Assembly: GCF_003991155.1 (NCBI RefSeq)
Contig: NZ_CP031293.1
Length of the DNA stretch: 64,000 nucleotides
Strand: one strand, 5' to 3'
DNA from: Escherichia coli
GTDB taxonomy: Bacteria > Pseudomonadota > Gammaproteobacteria > Enterobacterales > Enterobacteriaceae
The position numbers were made by a program, and so were the translations under genes. A model generated the notes under the pieces. It was not told the DNA's origin. It did no database searches and saw only the letters and a program-made list of their open reading frames with translations. This document shows positions 33,648 to 44,836 of this stretch, piece by piece (position 1 is the first letter of the stretch; each line of letters opens with the position of its first letter).

Positions 33648-34151
33648 TCAGCTGTAGGTATAGGTGATGCTAATCACTGCCTGAATGGTTCCCTGAGTGG
33701 CTCCACCATTTACGGTCAATGCTCTGACCTGTAACGGGAAGTGCGCTGATTGTGAGGAATCATCCACCTGAACTGTTTTGGTTGCGCCAGTATTCAATGT
33801 GTTGCCACTGTCATCCTGTAGCTCTAACTGGATGTTTTGCGCGGTCCCCTGATTTTTATAATATCCGGTACTGTCGGCTGCCCCGCTGAAGCTGGCAGTG
33901 ACCCTCGACGTTCCCACCGGACAATTAGTCAACTCAAGCGCAACATCATGCCAGGCCGATGCCGCCCCGGCAGACATAAGACTGAAAGAATAAAGATCGC
34001 CGAGATCAACCGTGGCATTGGTGGTGGAAACCGTGCACGGTTTGGCGACGACCTTACCGTTCACCGTGATGGTGACATCGGCTGCCTGTATCGTCGCACT
34101 TGCGAGCGCCAATATTGCCGCCAATAAATACCCACGTTTGCGCCATTTCAT
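33648..34151 (-). CDS. fimG: Type 1 fimbrial minor subunit
   Basis: 167 aa; signal peptide and pilin-like C-terminus. Confidence 0.85.
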   Translation of the reverse strand: MKWRKRGYLLAAILALASATIQAADVTITVNGKVVAKPCTVSTTNATVDLGDLYSFSLMSAGAASAWHDVALELTNCPVGTSRVTASFSGAADSTGYYKNQGTAQNIQLELQDDSGNTLNTGATKTVQVDDSSQSAHFPLQVRALTVNGGATQGTIQAVISITYTYS

Positions 34152-34163
34152 GAGCATCTCCAG

Positions 34164-34694
34164 TTACTGATATTCAAGAGTGAAGGTAGCCGTGGCATTA
34201 ATATGCCCCGCAGTGACAGGCACCTGTGTCGCCATTAGCCGGGCGTAAAAATTCAACGTATTTGGTTTACCCGGCGTCAGGGTCGTCCACGAAAGCGCGG
34301 ACGATGGGGCATTAAGGGGTATCTCATTTTGCTGCTCATTCAGAAGCTGTATTCCCAGTCCCGCAGCCGCTGACACCGTATTTTCAAGTGCAAGCAGGTT
34401 GGCATTGTGGCTATCTGCAACGCCGGTAAACCCAACCTTTACGGCAGAAACAGCGTTACCACAGGGTGACAGCAAAATACGAAATGGAACGACAGGAGTC
34501 GTCGCGCCAATGTTGTTAAATTGCTTCGCCGCGTTTTCCATCAGATCAACAGTAAAATTGGTTGATTCAGCGGCCACACTACAGCCGTTATCTCTGACAT
34601 AGCCGCGGATAGTAATCGTGCTATCCGCAGCCAAAGCGTGACTTACCGCCAGCCACAAAAAAGCGCACAGAAGATAAAAAGGTTTGTTTCTCAT
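34164..34694 (-). CDS. fimF: Type 1 fimbrial minor subunit
   Basis: 176 aa [22 protein letters not shown]... Confidence 0.85.
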   Translation of the reverse strand: MRNKPFYLLCAFLWLAVSHALAADSTITIRGYVRDNGCSVAAESTNFTVDLMENAAKQFNNIGATTPVVPFRILLSPCGNAVSAVKVGFTGVADSHNANLLALENTVSAAAGLGIQLLNEQQNEIPLNAPSSALSWTTLTPGKPNTLNFYARLMATQVPVTAGHINATATFTLEYQ

Positions 34695-34703
34695 CACGCC
34701 CCC

Positions 34704-37340
34704 TTAACGACATTCAGCTGATAGCTGGGTTAATAACTGCTGCTGACTCTCTGGTGGCAGTTGATAATTGGCGACACAGTGAGCATTTTCCTCTTCTCCC
34801 CATTTCACCTGAACTTTTCCCGCTAAAGGCATTCCGCTGAGGTAAACCTGACCATTATCCGCAACAATGCCGCTACTCTGGCTACTCTCTGATGTCACCA
34901 TCGCCCCAAACGGCAGCGGCTTATTATTGTGGGTCAGCGTCATGAGCAGTTTTATCCCAACGCGCGCTTTAAACTCTGCTCGCACGATCGCCCCACGGGT
35001 GGGAACAACGTTAGCGACCGCGTTATCTAAATCGACGTTATCAGCCAGGGTATTGGTATCCAGCGCTACTCTGTTTTCCCGATATTCAGTGGCATAAGGC
35101 AGCACGGCATAACCGCGCCAGTCGGTACGCACCCCCGTCTGGTTTTCGACTTTTGCATCTTTTGCGCCAGGCGCTTTAACAAGCACCACCGTATCGTTTA
35201 ACGGCTGCCCCAGCGTTACGCCATTGGCATGAGCCAGTACCCCACCGCTGACTCCGTAATAGAGCTGCTTAATATCATCGCTATGGCTGTAACCGATGTT
35301 GGCATTGCCGTAACCACCGCGATAATTCAGCGTGGCGTAGCCTGTACTTCCGCTATTACCATCGCCTCCCCCGGCATAGCCGGTTTGCACGCTATAGCTG
35401 AGGTTGTTGTCTGCCAGCAACGTACCGTATACACCGGCCAGATTGGTCATCCGACCGTTGAGATCGTGTGACATGCTGTAGCTGGCACTGGCATGTCGCC
35501 ACTGAGATTTACTGTCAGAACGCAGCCAGTGGCTGAAAGGAATATTGACGTTAAGCGCTAACATCTGATCCCGTCCTTTTTGCCAGGCGTTTTTCGTCAG
35601 GCTATAGCTGAGCGTCCAGTTAATATCTTCGAACGCAGTATTTAATCCAGCCTGGAATTGCTCATCGACATTACTCGTTCCCCAATAAGTTTGATGGCTA
35701 CCACTCAAATACAGTGTTGATGTGCGCCCGAGTTGCTGAGTAACGGTGAGTTGTAATTTCCCGCGTTTGTTATAAGCGAGATTGTAATAGTCGGTGAATT
35801 TCGGCTTAACCTGAATAACTCCGTCCTGTGTTTCGATGTTGTAGCCATTCATTCGACTGTATGTTGTATCAGCGAAATTAAAATATCCGCTGGTCGAATA
35901 ACGGTAACCCACTAACTGAATATTCGTGCCTGACTCATTGAGCGATTTGTTATAGAGAAAACGCACCGATTGTCCATCATGCTGACTGTCATCGGGAAGT
36001 GTGGAATTAGCCTGCGTCATATCCACAGACAGAGCGCCCAGTGCCCCCATGTTTTTCCCGATACCGAAATTAAACGCACGATAACGATCCGCCAGTTGCG
36101 TTCCACCATATATTGTCCAGCCAGCCGGAAGGCCGTGGAGTAATGTACTCTGGAAAAAGCGGGGTTTTTCCTGTTGCGCATTTCCACTACGGTATTCTCC
36201 TGCCGTAATGGAATAACGAGTATGCCCTTCACGTTGCAAAAGCGGGACTGACGAATAGGGTACGGTAAAAATCTGCGTGCTGCCGTCAGCCTCTTTGATC
36301 GTTACCTGCAAGTCACCACTATTACCTGCGGCATAGATATCGTTGATGGTAAAAGGCCCCGGTGGCACCGTACTATTATAAATGTCATACCCATTTTGTT
36401 TAATAGTGACCTGTGCAGTACCACGAGCAATACCGTGGATCACCGGGGCAAATCCTCTTTGGCTATCGGGTAACATATTGTCATCTGAGGCCAATTGTGC
36501 GCCGCGAAAGTTAATACCATCGAAAATATCGCCCTGAGTATAACCATCACCCAGCGTCAGCCGGGAACGTAACGGTATTATGTCTCGCTCAAGCCAGGTA
36601 TTGATATGCTGCCATTTATTTTTGCTACCTGATGAACTGTCGCTACTGTTATAACTCCAGGTGGTATTGTCGCGTAAACGCCACGCACCAATATTTAACC
36701 CACTCTGTAGGTTTAAATATGCATAATGGCTGTTACCCCCAATTCGATTCTGTACACTATTTCCGCTGAAATTATAATTGAGCAATCCGGCATTAATACC
36801 GGGATCCCATAACTCAGGAGGAATATAACCACGCGCGCGATTACTCATAAATGCCTGAGGGATCGTCAGGTTGAGTCGCTGCTGACCCACATCCAGTTGC
36901 GCAGTAGCGTCATGTATCATTGAGGTTAATGGCACGCAGGCATCATCCGCCAGCAGATTCATACCGGAGACAGAAGCCGTATTCAGCCCCATACTGGCAA
37001 GTTGCGCGCGTGTCAGGCAGGGAACAATCCCTTGTTCGCTGTCGCCCGTATTAAATGTGACATCACGCGTTGCCATATAACCATTATTCAAATAGATATC
37101 GACACGATACGTCCCTGGCGGTAATTCTTGCCCATTTTCAAAACGCGATAAATCAGCCACAGCCTGGGGATCATCCGCTAAAAAACGCGGGTTAAAATAG
37201 AGTTCGGCAGATGACAAAGGTGCCTGTGCGGTAAAAGCACAGGCAACAAAGAGCCGGACAAAAAAACCAGCCAAACGATGCTTACGAATATGCAAGCACT
37301 GTGTGTTTCGCTGGTAAAGTCTTAAATTCAGATATGACAT
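34704..37340 (-). CDS. fimD: Fimbrial outer-membrane usher
   Basis: 878-aa usher-family ORF. Confidence 0.9.
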   Translation of the reverse strand: MSYLNLRLYQRNTQCLHIRKHRLAGFFVRLFVACAFTAQAPLSSAELYFNPRFLADDPQAVADLSRFENGQELPPGTYRVDIYLNNGYMATRDVTFNTGDSEQGIVPCLTRAQLASMGLNTASVSGMNLLADDACVPLTSMIHDATAQLDVGQQRLNLTIPQAFMSNRARGYIPPELWDPGINAGLLNYNFSGNSVQNRIGGNSHYAYLNLQSGLNIGAWRLRDNTTWSYNSSDSSSGSKNKWQHINTWLERDIIPLRSRLTLGDGYTQGDIFDGINFRGAQLASDDNMLPDSQRGFAPVIHGIARGTAQVTIKQNGYDIYNSTVPPGPFTINDIYAAGNSGDLQVTIKEADGSTQIFTVPYSSVPLLQREGHTRYSITAGEYRSGNAQQEKPRFFQSTLLHGLPAGWTIYGGTQLADRYRAFNFGIGKNMGALGALSVDMTQANSTLPDDSQHDGQSVRFLYNKSLNESGTNIQLVGYRYSTSGYFNFADTTYSRMNGYNIETQDGVIQVKPKFTDYYNLAYNKRGKLQLTVTQQLGRTSTLYLSGSHQTYWGTSNVDEQFQAGLNTAFEDINWTLSYSLTKNAWQKGRDQMLALNVNIPFSHWLRSDSKSQWRHASASYSMSHDLNGRMTNLAGVYGTLLADNNLSYSVQTGYAGGGDGNSGSTGYATLNYRGGYGNANIGYSHSDDIKQLYYGVSGGVLAHANGVTLGQPLNDTVVLVKAPGAKDAKVENQTGVRTDWRGYAVLPYATEYRENRVALDTNTLADNVDLDNAVANVVPTRGAIVRAEFKARVGIKLLMTLTHNNKPLPFGAMVTSESSQSSGIVADNGQVYLSGMPLAGKVQVKWGEEENAHCVANYQLPPESQQQLLTQLSAECR

Positions 37341-37405
37341 TATTCCTCCGGTTTAAATCACCCGGCAGTCAATTCTTTTTATTCAGGCGAAAAAATCCCC
37401 CTGCG

Positions 37406-38131
37406 TTATTCCATTACGCCCGTCATTTTGGGGGTAAGTGCGCCATAATCATTTATTGTTCGGTAAGTAATATTGCTTCCTGCATCAGAAGGCAATTTAA
37501 CCGTGCTTTCGCCCATTGGAGGCACCAATGCATTTTCAAGAACCCGAGTTCCGGCATTCAACTCTGTTACCGTCAGGTAATAGGGTGTCGGGTTAATCAG
37601 CATCAGAGAATTCGCGCTACGACGAAATCTTAATTTTTCTGCGGCCTGATCGGGTGGCAACGCTAATTTAGCCGGACGATAGTACAGTTTAATGCGGCTG
37701 ATAATTGCGAGCTGTAGCGTATTCTCAGTCAATTTTGATTTATCCATTGACGGAATCGCTTTAACATTCATCCAGAATAAACTTTCCCGATCCTGTGGCA
37801 ATTGGTTATTTGTTGCATCAAGAATACGCAAGGTATTCTCTTTTTTTCCCTTCATCGCAAACAGAGGTGGCGTCACGATAAAACGGCCATCCTTTACACC
37901 ATCGGCATTTTCTACCCATGATTGAATTAAATAGGTGCTATTTTCATCATTATTTGTCACGGCAAGTTGCACTTGTTTTTGCCCTGCCGGATAAATTACG
38001 CGAGTCGCACCTAAGGCCACTCCCGCTTCAGCGCGTCCGGCAACCATCATTGCCATGAACATCAGGATACCTGCCAGCAAGCAGAATGTTATTTCCTGCG
38101 ATTTCCTTACATTGACGTTTTTATTACTCAC
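37406..38131 (-). CDS. fimC: Periplasmic fimbrial chaperone
   Basis: 241 aa, PapD-like chaperone sequence. Confidence 0.9.
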   Translation of the reverse strand: MSNKNVNVRKSQEITFCLLAGILMFMAMMVAGRAEAGVALGATRVIYPAGQKQVQLAVTNNDENSTYLIQSWVENADGVKDGRFIVTPPLFAMKGKKENTLRILDATNNQLPQDRESLFWMNVKAIPSMDKSKLTENTLQLAIISRIKLYYRPAKLALPPDQAAEKLRFRRSANSLMLINPTPYYLTVTELNAGTRVLENALVPPMGESTVKLPSDAGSNITYRTINDYGALTPKMTGVME

Positions 38132-38167
38132 TGTCCTGTTCCTGTTATCACATTATCTGCTGAACAA

Positions 38168-38707
38168 TTACTGATAGGTTAAAGAGAACCAGGCCTGGGC
38201 ATTGGCGATGCCGCCAGTAACCCGACGCCCGGTAGCACGATATTTGGCGATGAAATGTAGCGAAGTAGAGCCTGAGTAAAGCCGTTTCCAGTTTGCTGGA
38301 GGACGGTTAATCGGTACGAGGTTTCCTTCATCATCAAACAACGCTACGCCAATATTGGTGGCTATCCCTGGCCCCTCTCCCACGGAAAGCACATCCGGAT
38401 TTTTACCATCCGCGACACCGTGAAACGCCACACCCACACGTTCACTCACCACCGTGCTACATTCCCGTAAATGAATAACAAAAGGCACCGGTGCGCTATC
38501 TTCCCCTACCGCATGAAACCGGTTACTGCTGATTTGCCCCATATTGACCGTCATTTGTTTATCACCGGCTTCAATCCGGCAAGCTTCCGCAATAATGACG
38601 CCCTGAAATTGCATATTTCCGCCGGGCAGCGTGGTATTCCATTTATTTCCGGCCAGAGCAAACATTGGCAGCAACGACGCTAACAGAAATAATCTCTTCC
38701 TTTTCAT
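38168..38707 (-). CDS. fimI: Fimbrin-like protein FimI
   Basis: 179 aa from ATG 38707 ([19 protein letters not shown]...); ORF track extends in frame to 38839. Confidence 0.8.
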   Translation of the reverse strand: MKRKRLFLLASLLPMFALAGNKWNTTLPGGNMQFQGVIIAEACRIEAGDKQMTVNMGQISSNRFHAVGEDSAPVPFVIHLRECSTVVSERVGVAFHGVADGKNPDVLSVGEGPGIATNIGVALFDDEGNLVPINRPPANWKRLYSGSTSLHFIAKYRATGRRVTGGIANAQAWFSLTYQ

Positions 38708-38771
38708 CGTTATTTTTATCGCACAAGGGTGGGCATCCCTGCCCGTAATGACGTCCCTGAACCTGGGTAGG

Positions 38772-39320
38772 TTATTGATACTGAACCTTGAAGGTCGCAT
38801 CCGCATTAGCAGCACCCGGGGTTGCGACACCGGTTGCATAATAACGCGCCTGGAACGGAATGGTGTTAGTACCGTTATTCAGGGTTGTTTGCTCACTGAA
38901 TGTCGCACCGTCCAGCGTCAGCGCAGCACCCGTTCTGTCCAGGATCTGCACACCAACGTTTGTTGCACTACCTGCAGCAGAACTCTGCAGAGCCAGAACG
39001 TTGGTATGAGTCGCATCAATCGCCGTACCTAAAAAGGCAACAGCGGCTTTTGATGCAACATTGGTATCGCAATCATTCAGCTGAATGTTAAAACCGACAG
39101 CAGAACTGGTTGCTCCGTCCTGTGCCAGCGATGCGGTACGAACCTGTCCTAACTGAACGGTTTGATCAACAGAGCCTGCATCAACTGCGCAAGCGGCGTT
39201 AACAACTTCCCCTTTAAAGTGAACGGTCCCACCATTAACCGTCGTGGCAGCGGCCAGAGCCGCTGTAGAACTGAGGGACAGAGCCGACAGAACAACGATT
39301 GCCAGAGTTTTAATTTTCAT
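38772..39320 (-). CDS. fimA: Type 1 fimbrial major subunit
   Basis: 182 aa [23 protein letters not shown]... Confidence 0.9.
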   Translation of the reverse strand: MKIKTLAIVVLSALSLSSTAALAAATTVNGGTVHFKGEVVNAACAVDAGSVDQTVQLGQVRTASLAQDGATSSAVGFNIQLNDCDTNVASKAAVAFLGTAIDATHTNVLALQSSAAGSATNVGVQILDRTGAALTLDGATFSEQTTLNNGTNTIPFQARYYATGVATPGAANADATFKVQYQ

Positions 39321-39439
39321 GCTGCTTTCCTTTAAAAAAACTATTTCTAAATCGACATGGGCAGTCGTTCTGTACGCTTTGTTTTGTCAACGAGTTTGAC
39401 TGCCAACACTGCACAGTTTCCCCCCAAAAGATGAAACAT

Positions 39440-39753
39440 TTGGGGCCATTTTGACTCATAGAGGAAAGCATCGCGCACAAACTTTTTCAGTTTATTTGTT
39501 GGCTTAATGTTCTATAGTTATCTTTATTTGCAGTTTTTTATATTGCATGAGGTGGTTTTTGGAGAGAAGAATGAGGAAGTTGCGTCGAGCTACAGAAACG
39601 TTAGCTTTACATATAGCGGAGGTGATGTGAAATTAATTTACAAGAGAAATAATTTACATATCAAACAGTTAGATGATTTTTGTCGTTTTTTAATATTTTT
39701 ATGCTTGAGAAAAAATACGTAACTTATTTATGATATAGACAGTTTGGCCCCAA
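39440..39753. promoter_or_regulatory. fimS: fimS invertible phase-variation switch (314 bp) bounded by 9-bp inverted repeats TTGGGGCCA / TGGCCCCAA
   Basis: Both 9-bp inverted repeats read directly at 39440-39448 and 39745-39753, between fimA and fimE. Confidence 0.85.
39705..39735 (+). promoter_or_regulatory. fimA promoter inside fimS (TTGAGA-N18-TATGATA), pointing away from fimA (OFF orientation)
   Basis: -35/-10-like hexamers on the plus strand next to the fimE-proximal inverted repeat, whereas fimA is on the minus strand to the left. Confidence 0.5.
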
Positions 39754-39800
39754 TTGTCTTGTATTTATTTGTTTTTTAACTTTATTATCAATAAGTTAAA

Positions 39801-40397
39801 TCAAACTTCTTCTCTTTTTAATTTTTCGTTTATGAGATTATTTCTTTCCCATAATCCGGCAAAACGAGCAGCATTACTGGCGGTATAACGCACTGTATGG
39901 CGAATATTTCGATGCCCGAGATAATCCTGAATTAAACGGGTATCTGCACCACGCTCCGCCAGTTCATAACCGCAAGCATGCCTTAACATATGAGGATGAG
40001 TCTGCGTTACGGTTCCAGCTTCAATACCTGCATCACGAATAATGCGATAGGCCTGCTGGCGAGAAAGCCGACTCCCGCGGCGAGAAATAAATATAGCGTC
40101 GGTCCGGTCAGCGCCTTTCCAGTTAGCACGTTCCAGGGTCCAGCGTTCCACGGCTTCACGCTCATCAAAACGTAACGGGTGAACGGTAGAAAATCCGTTC
40201 TTCAGTCGGCGAATATTTATTCGACCTTCATTAAGGTCAAGATCCTGATAATGCAGATCAAGCAGTTCACTAATACGCATCCCATGCCGATATGCCAACA
40301 GAATAAGACAATAATCTCTGGCTCCCGTTGCCCCGTAACAAACCGCCTGCATCATGGCCTGAACTTCTTTACCGGTAAGATAACGACGTTTACTCAC
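39801..40397 (-). CDS. fimE: Tyrosine recombinase regulating fimS (ON-to-OFF)
   Basis: 198-aa integrase-family ORF (HPHMLRHACGY...). Confidence 0.9.
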   Translation of the reverse strand: MSKRRYLTGKEVQAMMQAVCYGATGARDYCLILLAYRHGMRISELLDLHYQDLDLNEGRINIRRLKNGFSTVHPLRFDEREAVERWTLERANWKGADRTDAIFISRRGSRLSRQQAYRIIRDAGIEAGTVTQTHPHMLRHACGYELAERGADTRLIQDYLGHRNIRHTVRYTASNAARFAGLWERNNLINEKLKREEV

Positions 40398-40874
40398 AAT
40401 AGTAGTACTCCTAACTGAGATATATTTGAATGAATACCTATAGGAAACCTCAATCGGTCAAAATTAGCCCAATAGATAAAAAGATAACCACACACGAAGT
40501 GATGTGGCTATCAGTCAATTACATTAAATATCATACAAAAATAAAATATCACCGATGTGACAACATCTATTTTCATTGATTTGATTCAATATAACAATAG
40601 ATTGCAGAGGATTAACTTCCAGTTGCTTAAAAAATAAAGAAAAAAGTGTGGAAACAGGAGAATTTAAGTGATGTGTAAATTTATGAATGATTTTGTTTAT
40701 TTATTTTGAAGAACATAAACCATTGGATTTTGTATGGGTATGGTTAACTTAATGTTTATTATGATAATTAAGAATTACACTTACAATAACATCAATTAAT
40801 AAATGGTTAATCATTTTTGATATATCGTAAGAATAATGTAGTTTTTAACACCATCCATGGTATCTCAACTATCT

Positions 40875-41477
40875 CTATAAAACAGCGTGACGCTGTCGTC
40901 CTCTGGCTCTATCCCAGATGCCGTAAAAACGCCCTGCATTGCTGGCGGTATACCAGACAGTATGACGAATATTGCGATGCCCAAGATAATCCTGGATAAG
41001 TCGCGTATCTATTCCCATATTCGCCAAAGCAAAACCACACGAATGGCGTAACATGTGCGGATGAATCTCCAGTGACAACCCGGCATTACCACCAGAAGTC
41101 GAGATAATATGGTAAAACTGTTGCCGAGAAAGCGGATTCCCCTTACGTGATAAAAATACCCACTCGCTCTCAGAATGCGGATAAGAAGTACGGATACTCA
41201 ACCAGTTTTTTAAAGCCTGAACTTCTTTGTTCAATAGCGGGTGCGTTGTTGAAAAGCCTTTTTTTAATCGATGGATATATATACACTTTGCCTTAAGATC
41301 AATATCCGAAATCCTCAATCGGCAAATTTCACTCGCCCGGAAACCATGAATAAAACAAAGCAAAGTCAGACAATAATTACGTGCAGCATGAGGCCCGGTA
41401 TTTGCTGCTTTAAGGAGTGATTCGATTTCACTATGGGTAAGGAAGTTCCTTTTTTTGTTATCAGCCTTATTCTTCAT
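40875..41477 (-). CDS. fimB: Tyrosine recombinase regulating fimS
   Basis: 200-aa integrase-family ORF (HPHMLRHSCGF...). Confidence 0.9.
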   Translation of the reverse strand: MKNKADNKKRNFLTHSEIESLLKAANTGPHAARNYCLTLLCFIHGFRASEICRLRISDIDLKAKCIYIHRLKKGFSTTHPLLNKEVQALKNWLSIRTSYPHSESEWVFLSRKGNPLSRQQFYHIISTSGGNAGLSLEIHPHMLRHSCGFALANMGIDTRLIQDYLGHRNIRHTVWYTASNAGRFYGIWDRARGRQRHAVL

Positions 41478-42490
41478 CGTTTTCCCTTATAATTACAGAC
41501 GCGCACTAGCTGTGCTGGGTTAGCAATAATCCAACATTTTAATCCTGATTATGTTTATAAAAGCGAACGTTTGCTTAATAACTAACGTAAGTGGACCAGT
41601 TCTTCTGAGCGAACTTAAATGGAGTAGCGATAGTTACTTATAATAACTTTGCCATACAAACGCCATGCTCTTGCATGCTATGTACCTTTATATATTTATC
41701 AATCTGATACGAATCTAATAATAACCCTCATCATTAATGCAACTAATCTTATCTATATATCATGTGATATGTTCTGTAACAAGTAAAATCAACATAAAAA
41801 ATTCAGCAAAATTTAATATTCGTTCAACTAGCCGTCTCACATATGACATTATTAGTCAACTGCATTTGCCACAAAATGGCTATTTCATGGAACGCAGTTA
41901 TTTCTTAGTGGCTATTATCATGCTAATTCTTAGGTCCCTAGCGATTATTCCTGCCTGGTTCATCAGCTTACGCCATGAGATTGTTACATTCCTTTTTATC
42001 CTGGAGATATGGGGGAACGCAGGCGACGCTTTTTCATCTACATCCGTTGGTAAATATGGCTTTGGTCACTACGACTTAAACCTTCCTCAATCACAGCTAT
42101 TCGCCGGGCGATACGGCAAACAAACTAAGTGAAACATCATCCTGAAAACACTAACATCAACAAGCCTCTCCAGATCGACATCAGGAGTGACCAGTTACAA
42201 GCCACAAACCAAGAAACATATTTCATGATGAGAATTATGCTCAGCCTGATGGCGGGTAAACACTTATTTTCACCAAGCTCACTGAGTTAGCTTGCAAAGC
42301 TTCCTTTGTTTAGATTCTAAATAAATTATTTATAAAACAAATAGTTAAAAGAAAGCCTTTAGTTTTTGAAGACCACCTCAAGTGTTCGTCTGGCTTCACA
42401 TGTCATCTTCCTCTTAGAAAAAGATCGACATATTTTGTGACACGAATTGCAAATCTGGTTTTGTTGTATGGATTGCGTGATTTTTGATCT

Positions 42491-42510
42491 GGTATAACAG
42501 GTATAAAGGT
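42491..42510. promoter_or_regulatory. Putative NanR operator (tandem GGTATA repeats)
   Basis: GGTATAACAGGTATAAAGGT in the long fimB-nanC intergenic region. Confidence 0.5.
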
Positions 42511-42929
42511 GCACCACGATAGTCAATGAGACTGGGCATCTCGTAATCTATGGCAAACATCACTTCAGTTCTTTCTCATCGGGTGATGAAAACGCACTTC
42601 AGTCAGAAAGGAATATGAAAATGAGATCAACAGACACTCTATTTTATGACTCTGGGTAAAATGAATTGAGTAAGTGATATAGCTTACGAACATTCAAATC
42701 AATTAAACATCAGAATAGATTTTATACTCAGGTATTTAATCTGGCTCTCTGTTTATTTAAATAATGTGGAAAGAGAATTTTCACAGGAGACCTTATACAA
42801 AAAATATAAAATACAGCTACTCGTTGCCAAAGACACTATAAGCCTGGCAAAAAATATTACACAACATAAATGCTAATTGTTTATGCGGGCTTTGTATTGC
42901 TTTCTGTATCCTACAAATGAGTGAAATTT

Positions 42930-43646
42930 ATGAAAAAGGCTAAAATACTTTCTGGCGTATTATTACTGTGCTTTTCGTCACCATTAATTTCTCAGGCTGC
43001 GACACTGGACGTACGTGGTGGATATCGTAGCGGAAGCCATGCCTATGAGACTCGACTCAAAGTCAGTGAGGGATGGCAAAATGGATGGTGGGCAAGCATG
43101 GAAAGTAATACCTGGAATACCATTCATGATAATAAAAAGGAAAATGCCGCACTCAATGATGTTCAGGTTGAAGTTAATTACGCGATTAAACTTGATGATC
43201 AATGGACGGTGCGCCCGGGAATGTTAACGCATTTTAGCAGCAACGGCACACGCTACGGACCCTACGTAAAACTGTCCTGGGACGCGACAAAAGATCTTAA
43301 TTTTGGCATTCGCTATCGTTACGACTGGAAAGCTTACCGACAACAAGACTTATCCGGTGATATGTCTCGTGATAACGTTCATCGTTGGGATGGATATGTC
43401 ACTTACCATATTAATAGTGATTTCACCTTCGCATGGCAAACGACGCTATACAGCAAACAGAACGATTATCGCTATGCAAACCATAAGAAATGGGCGACGG
43501 AAAATGCATTTGTTCTACAATACCATATGACGCCCGATATTACGCCATACATAGAATATGACTACCTTGACCGCCAGGGTGTTTACAACGGCAGAGATAA
43601 TTTATCGGAAAACAGTTATCGCATTGGTGTGTCATTTAAACTGTAG
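42930..43646 (+). CDS. nanC: N-acetylneuraminic acid outer-membrane channel (KdgM family)
   Basis: 238 aa from ATG 42930 (MKKAKILSGVLLLCFSSPLISQA...). Confidence 0.85.
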   Translation: MKKAKILSGVLLLCFSSPLISQAATLDVRGGYRSGSHAYETRLKVSEGWQNGWWASMESNTWNTIHDNKKENAALNDVQVEVNYAIKLDDQWTVRPGMLTHFSSNGTRYGPYVKLSWDATKDLNFGIRYRYDWKAYRQQDLSGDMSRDNVHRWDGYVTYHINSDFTFAWQTTLYSKQNDYRYANHKKWATENAFVLQYHMTPDITPYIEYDYLDRQGVYNGRDNLSENSYRIGVSFKL

Positions 43647-43665
43647 TAGACAGGAGACAGTCACA

Positions 43666-44772
43666 ATGAATAAAACAATAATGGCGCTTGCTATCATGAT
43701 GGCTTCATTTGCCGCAAACGCGTCTGTATTACCGGAAACTCCTGTGCCATTTAAAAGTGGTACCGGAGCAATTGATAACGACACTGTCTACATTGGTTTA
43801 GGTAGCGCAGGTACAGCATGGTACAAGCTGGATACACAGGCCAAAGATAAAAAATGGACAGCGTTAGCTGCATTCCCTGGTGAACCGAGAGATCAAGCAA
43901 CCTCGGCATTTATTGATGGCAATCTGTATGTGTTTGGCGGCATTGGCAAAAACAGCGAGGGCTTGACTCAGGTATTTAATGACGTACACAAATACAACCC
44001 CAAAACCAATAGCTGGGTTAAATTGATGTCGCACGCGCCGATGGGCATGGCGGGTCATGTGACTTTTGTACACAACGGCAAGGCTTATGTTACTGGCGGT
44101 GTTAACCAGAATATCTTCAATGGCTATTTTGAAGATCTCAACGAAGCTGGAAAAGATTCAACCGCTATAGATAAAATCAACGCCCACTATTTTGACAAAA
44201 AAGCAGAAGATTATTTCTTCAATAAGTTTCTGTTGTCTTTTGATCCCTCAACACAGCAATGGAGTTACGCTGGCGAATCTCCCTGGTACGGGACGGCTGG
44301 TGCGGCGGTTGTGAATAAGGGTGATAAAACCTGGCTTATTAATGGCGAAGCCAAACCAGGATTGCGAACGGATGCCGTATTTGAACTTGATTTCACCGGT
44401 AATAATTTAAAATGGAATAAGCTTGCTCCCGTCGCATCACCAGATGGCGTCGCTGGCGGTTTTGCAGGCATGAGCAATGACTCACTTATATTTGCCGGAG
44501 GAGCTGGATTCAAAGGTTCACGAGAAAATTACCAGAACGGTAAGAACTATGCGCATGAAGGCCTGAAAAAATCATATAGCGCTGATATTCATCTTTGGCA
44601 TAACGGGAAATGGGATAAATCGGGCGAATTATCGCAAGGTCGGGCCTACGGAGTATCATTGCCCTGGAATAATAGTCTATTGATTATTGGCGGTGAAACT
44701 GCGGGTGGCAAAGCGGTGACGGATTCAGTTTTAATTTCTGTGAAGGATAATAAAGTCACAGTACAAAACTAA
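43666..44772 (+). CDS. nanM: N-acetylneuraminate mutarotase (Kelch-repeat)
   Basis: 368 aa from ATG 43666 (MNKTIMALAIMMASFAANA...). Confidence 0.85.
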   Translation: MNKTIMALAIMMASFAANASVLPETPVPFKSGTGAIDNDTVYIGLGSAGTAWYKLDTQAKDKKWTALAAFPGEPRDQATSAFIDGNLYVFGGIGKNSEGLTQVFNDVHKYNPKTNSWVKLMSHAPMGMAGHVTFVHNGKAYVTGGVNQNIFNGYFEDLNEAGKDSTAIDKINAHYFDKKAEDYFFNKFLLSFDPSTQQWSYAGESPWYGTAGAAVVNKGDKTWLINGEAKPGLRTDAVFELDFTGNNLKWNKLAPVASPDGVAGGFAGMSNDSLIFAGGAGFKGSRENYQNGKNYAHEGLKKSYSADIHLWHNGKWDKSGELSQGRAYGVSLPWNNSLLIIGGETAGGKAVTDSVLISVKDNKVTVQN

Positions 44773-44777
44773 CGCTT

Positions 44778-44801
44778 CAGGGCCCCGGTAAAGGGGCCCT
44801 G
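44778..44801 (+). terminator. Stem-loop after nanM
   Basis: CAGGGCCCC-GGTAAA-GGGGCCCTG hairpin; weak T-tract. Confidence 0.4.
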
Positions 44802-44836
44802 CTATCAATTTGTCATTTGTATTACGCGAAAATTAT

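Noticed and set aside
41737-42132. 131-aa ORF in the long fimB-nanC intergenic region
   Set aside because: No convincing RBS, AT-rich low-complexity translation, and it lies in a region known to be regulatory (NanR/NagC/IHF sites); most likely non-coding.
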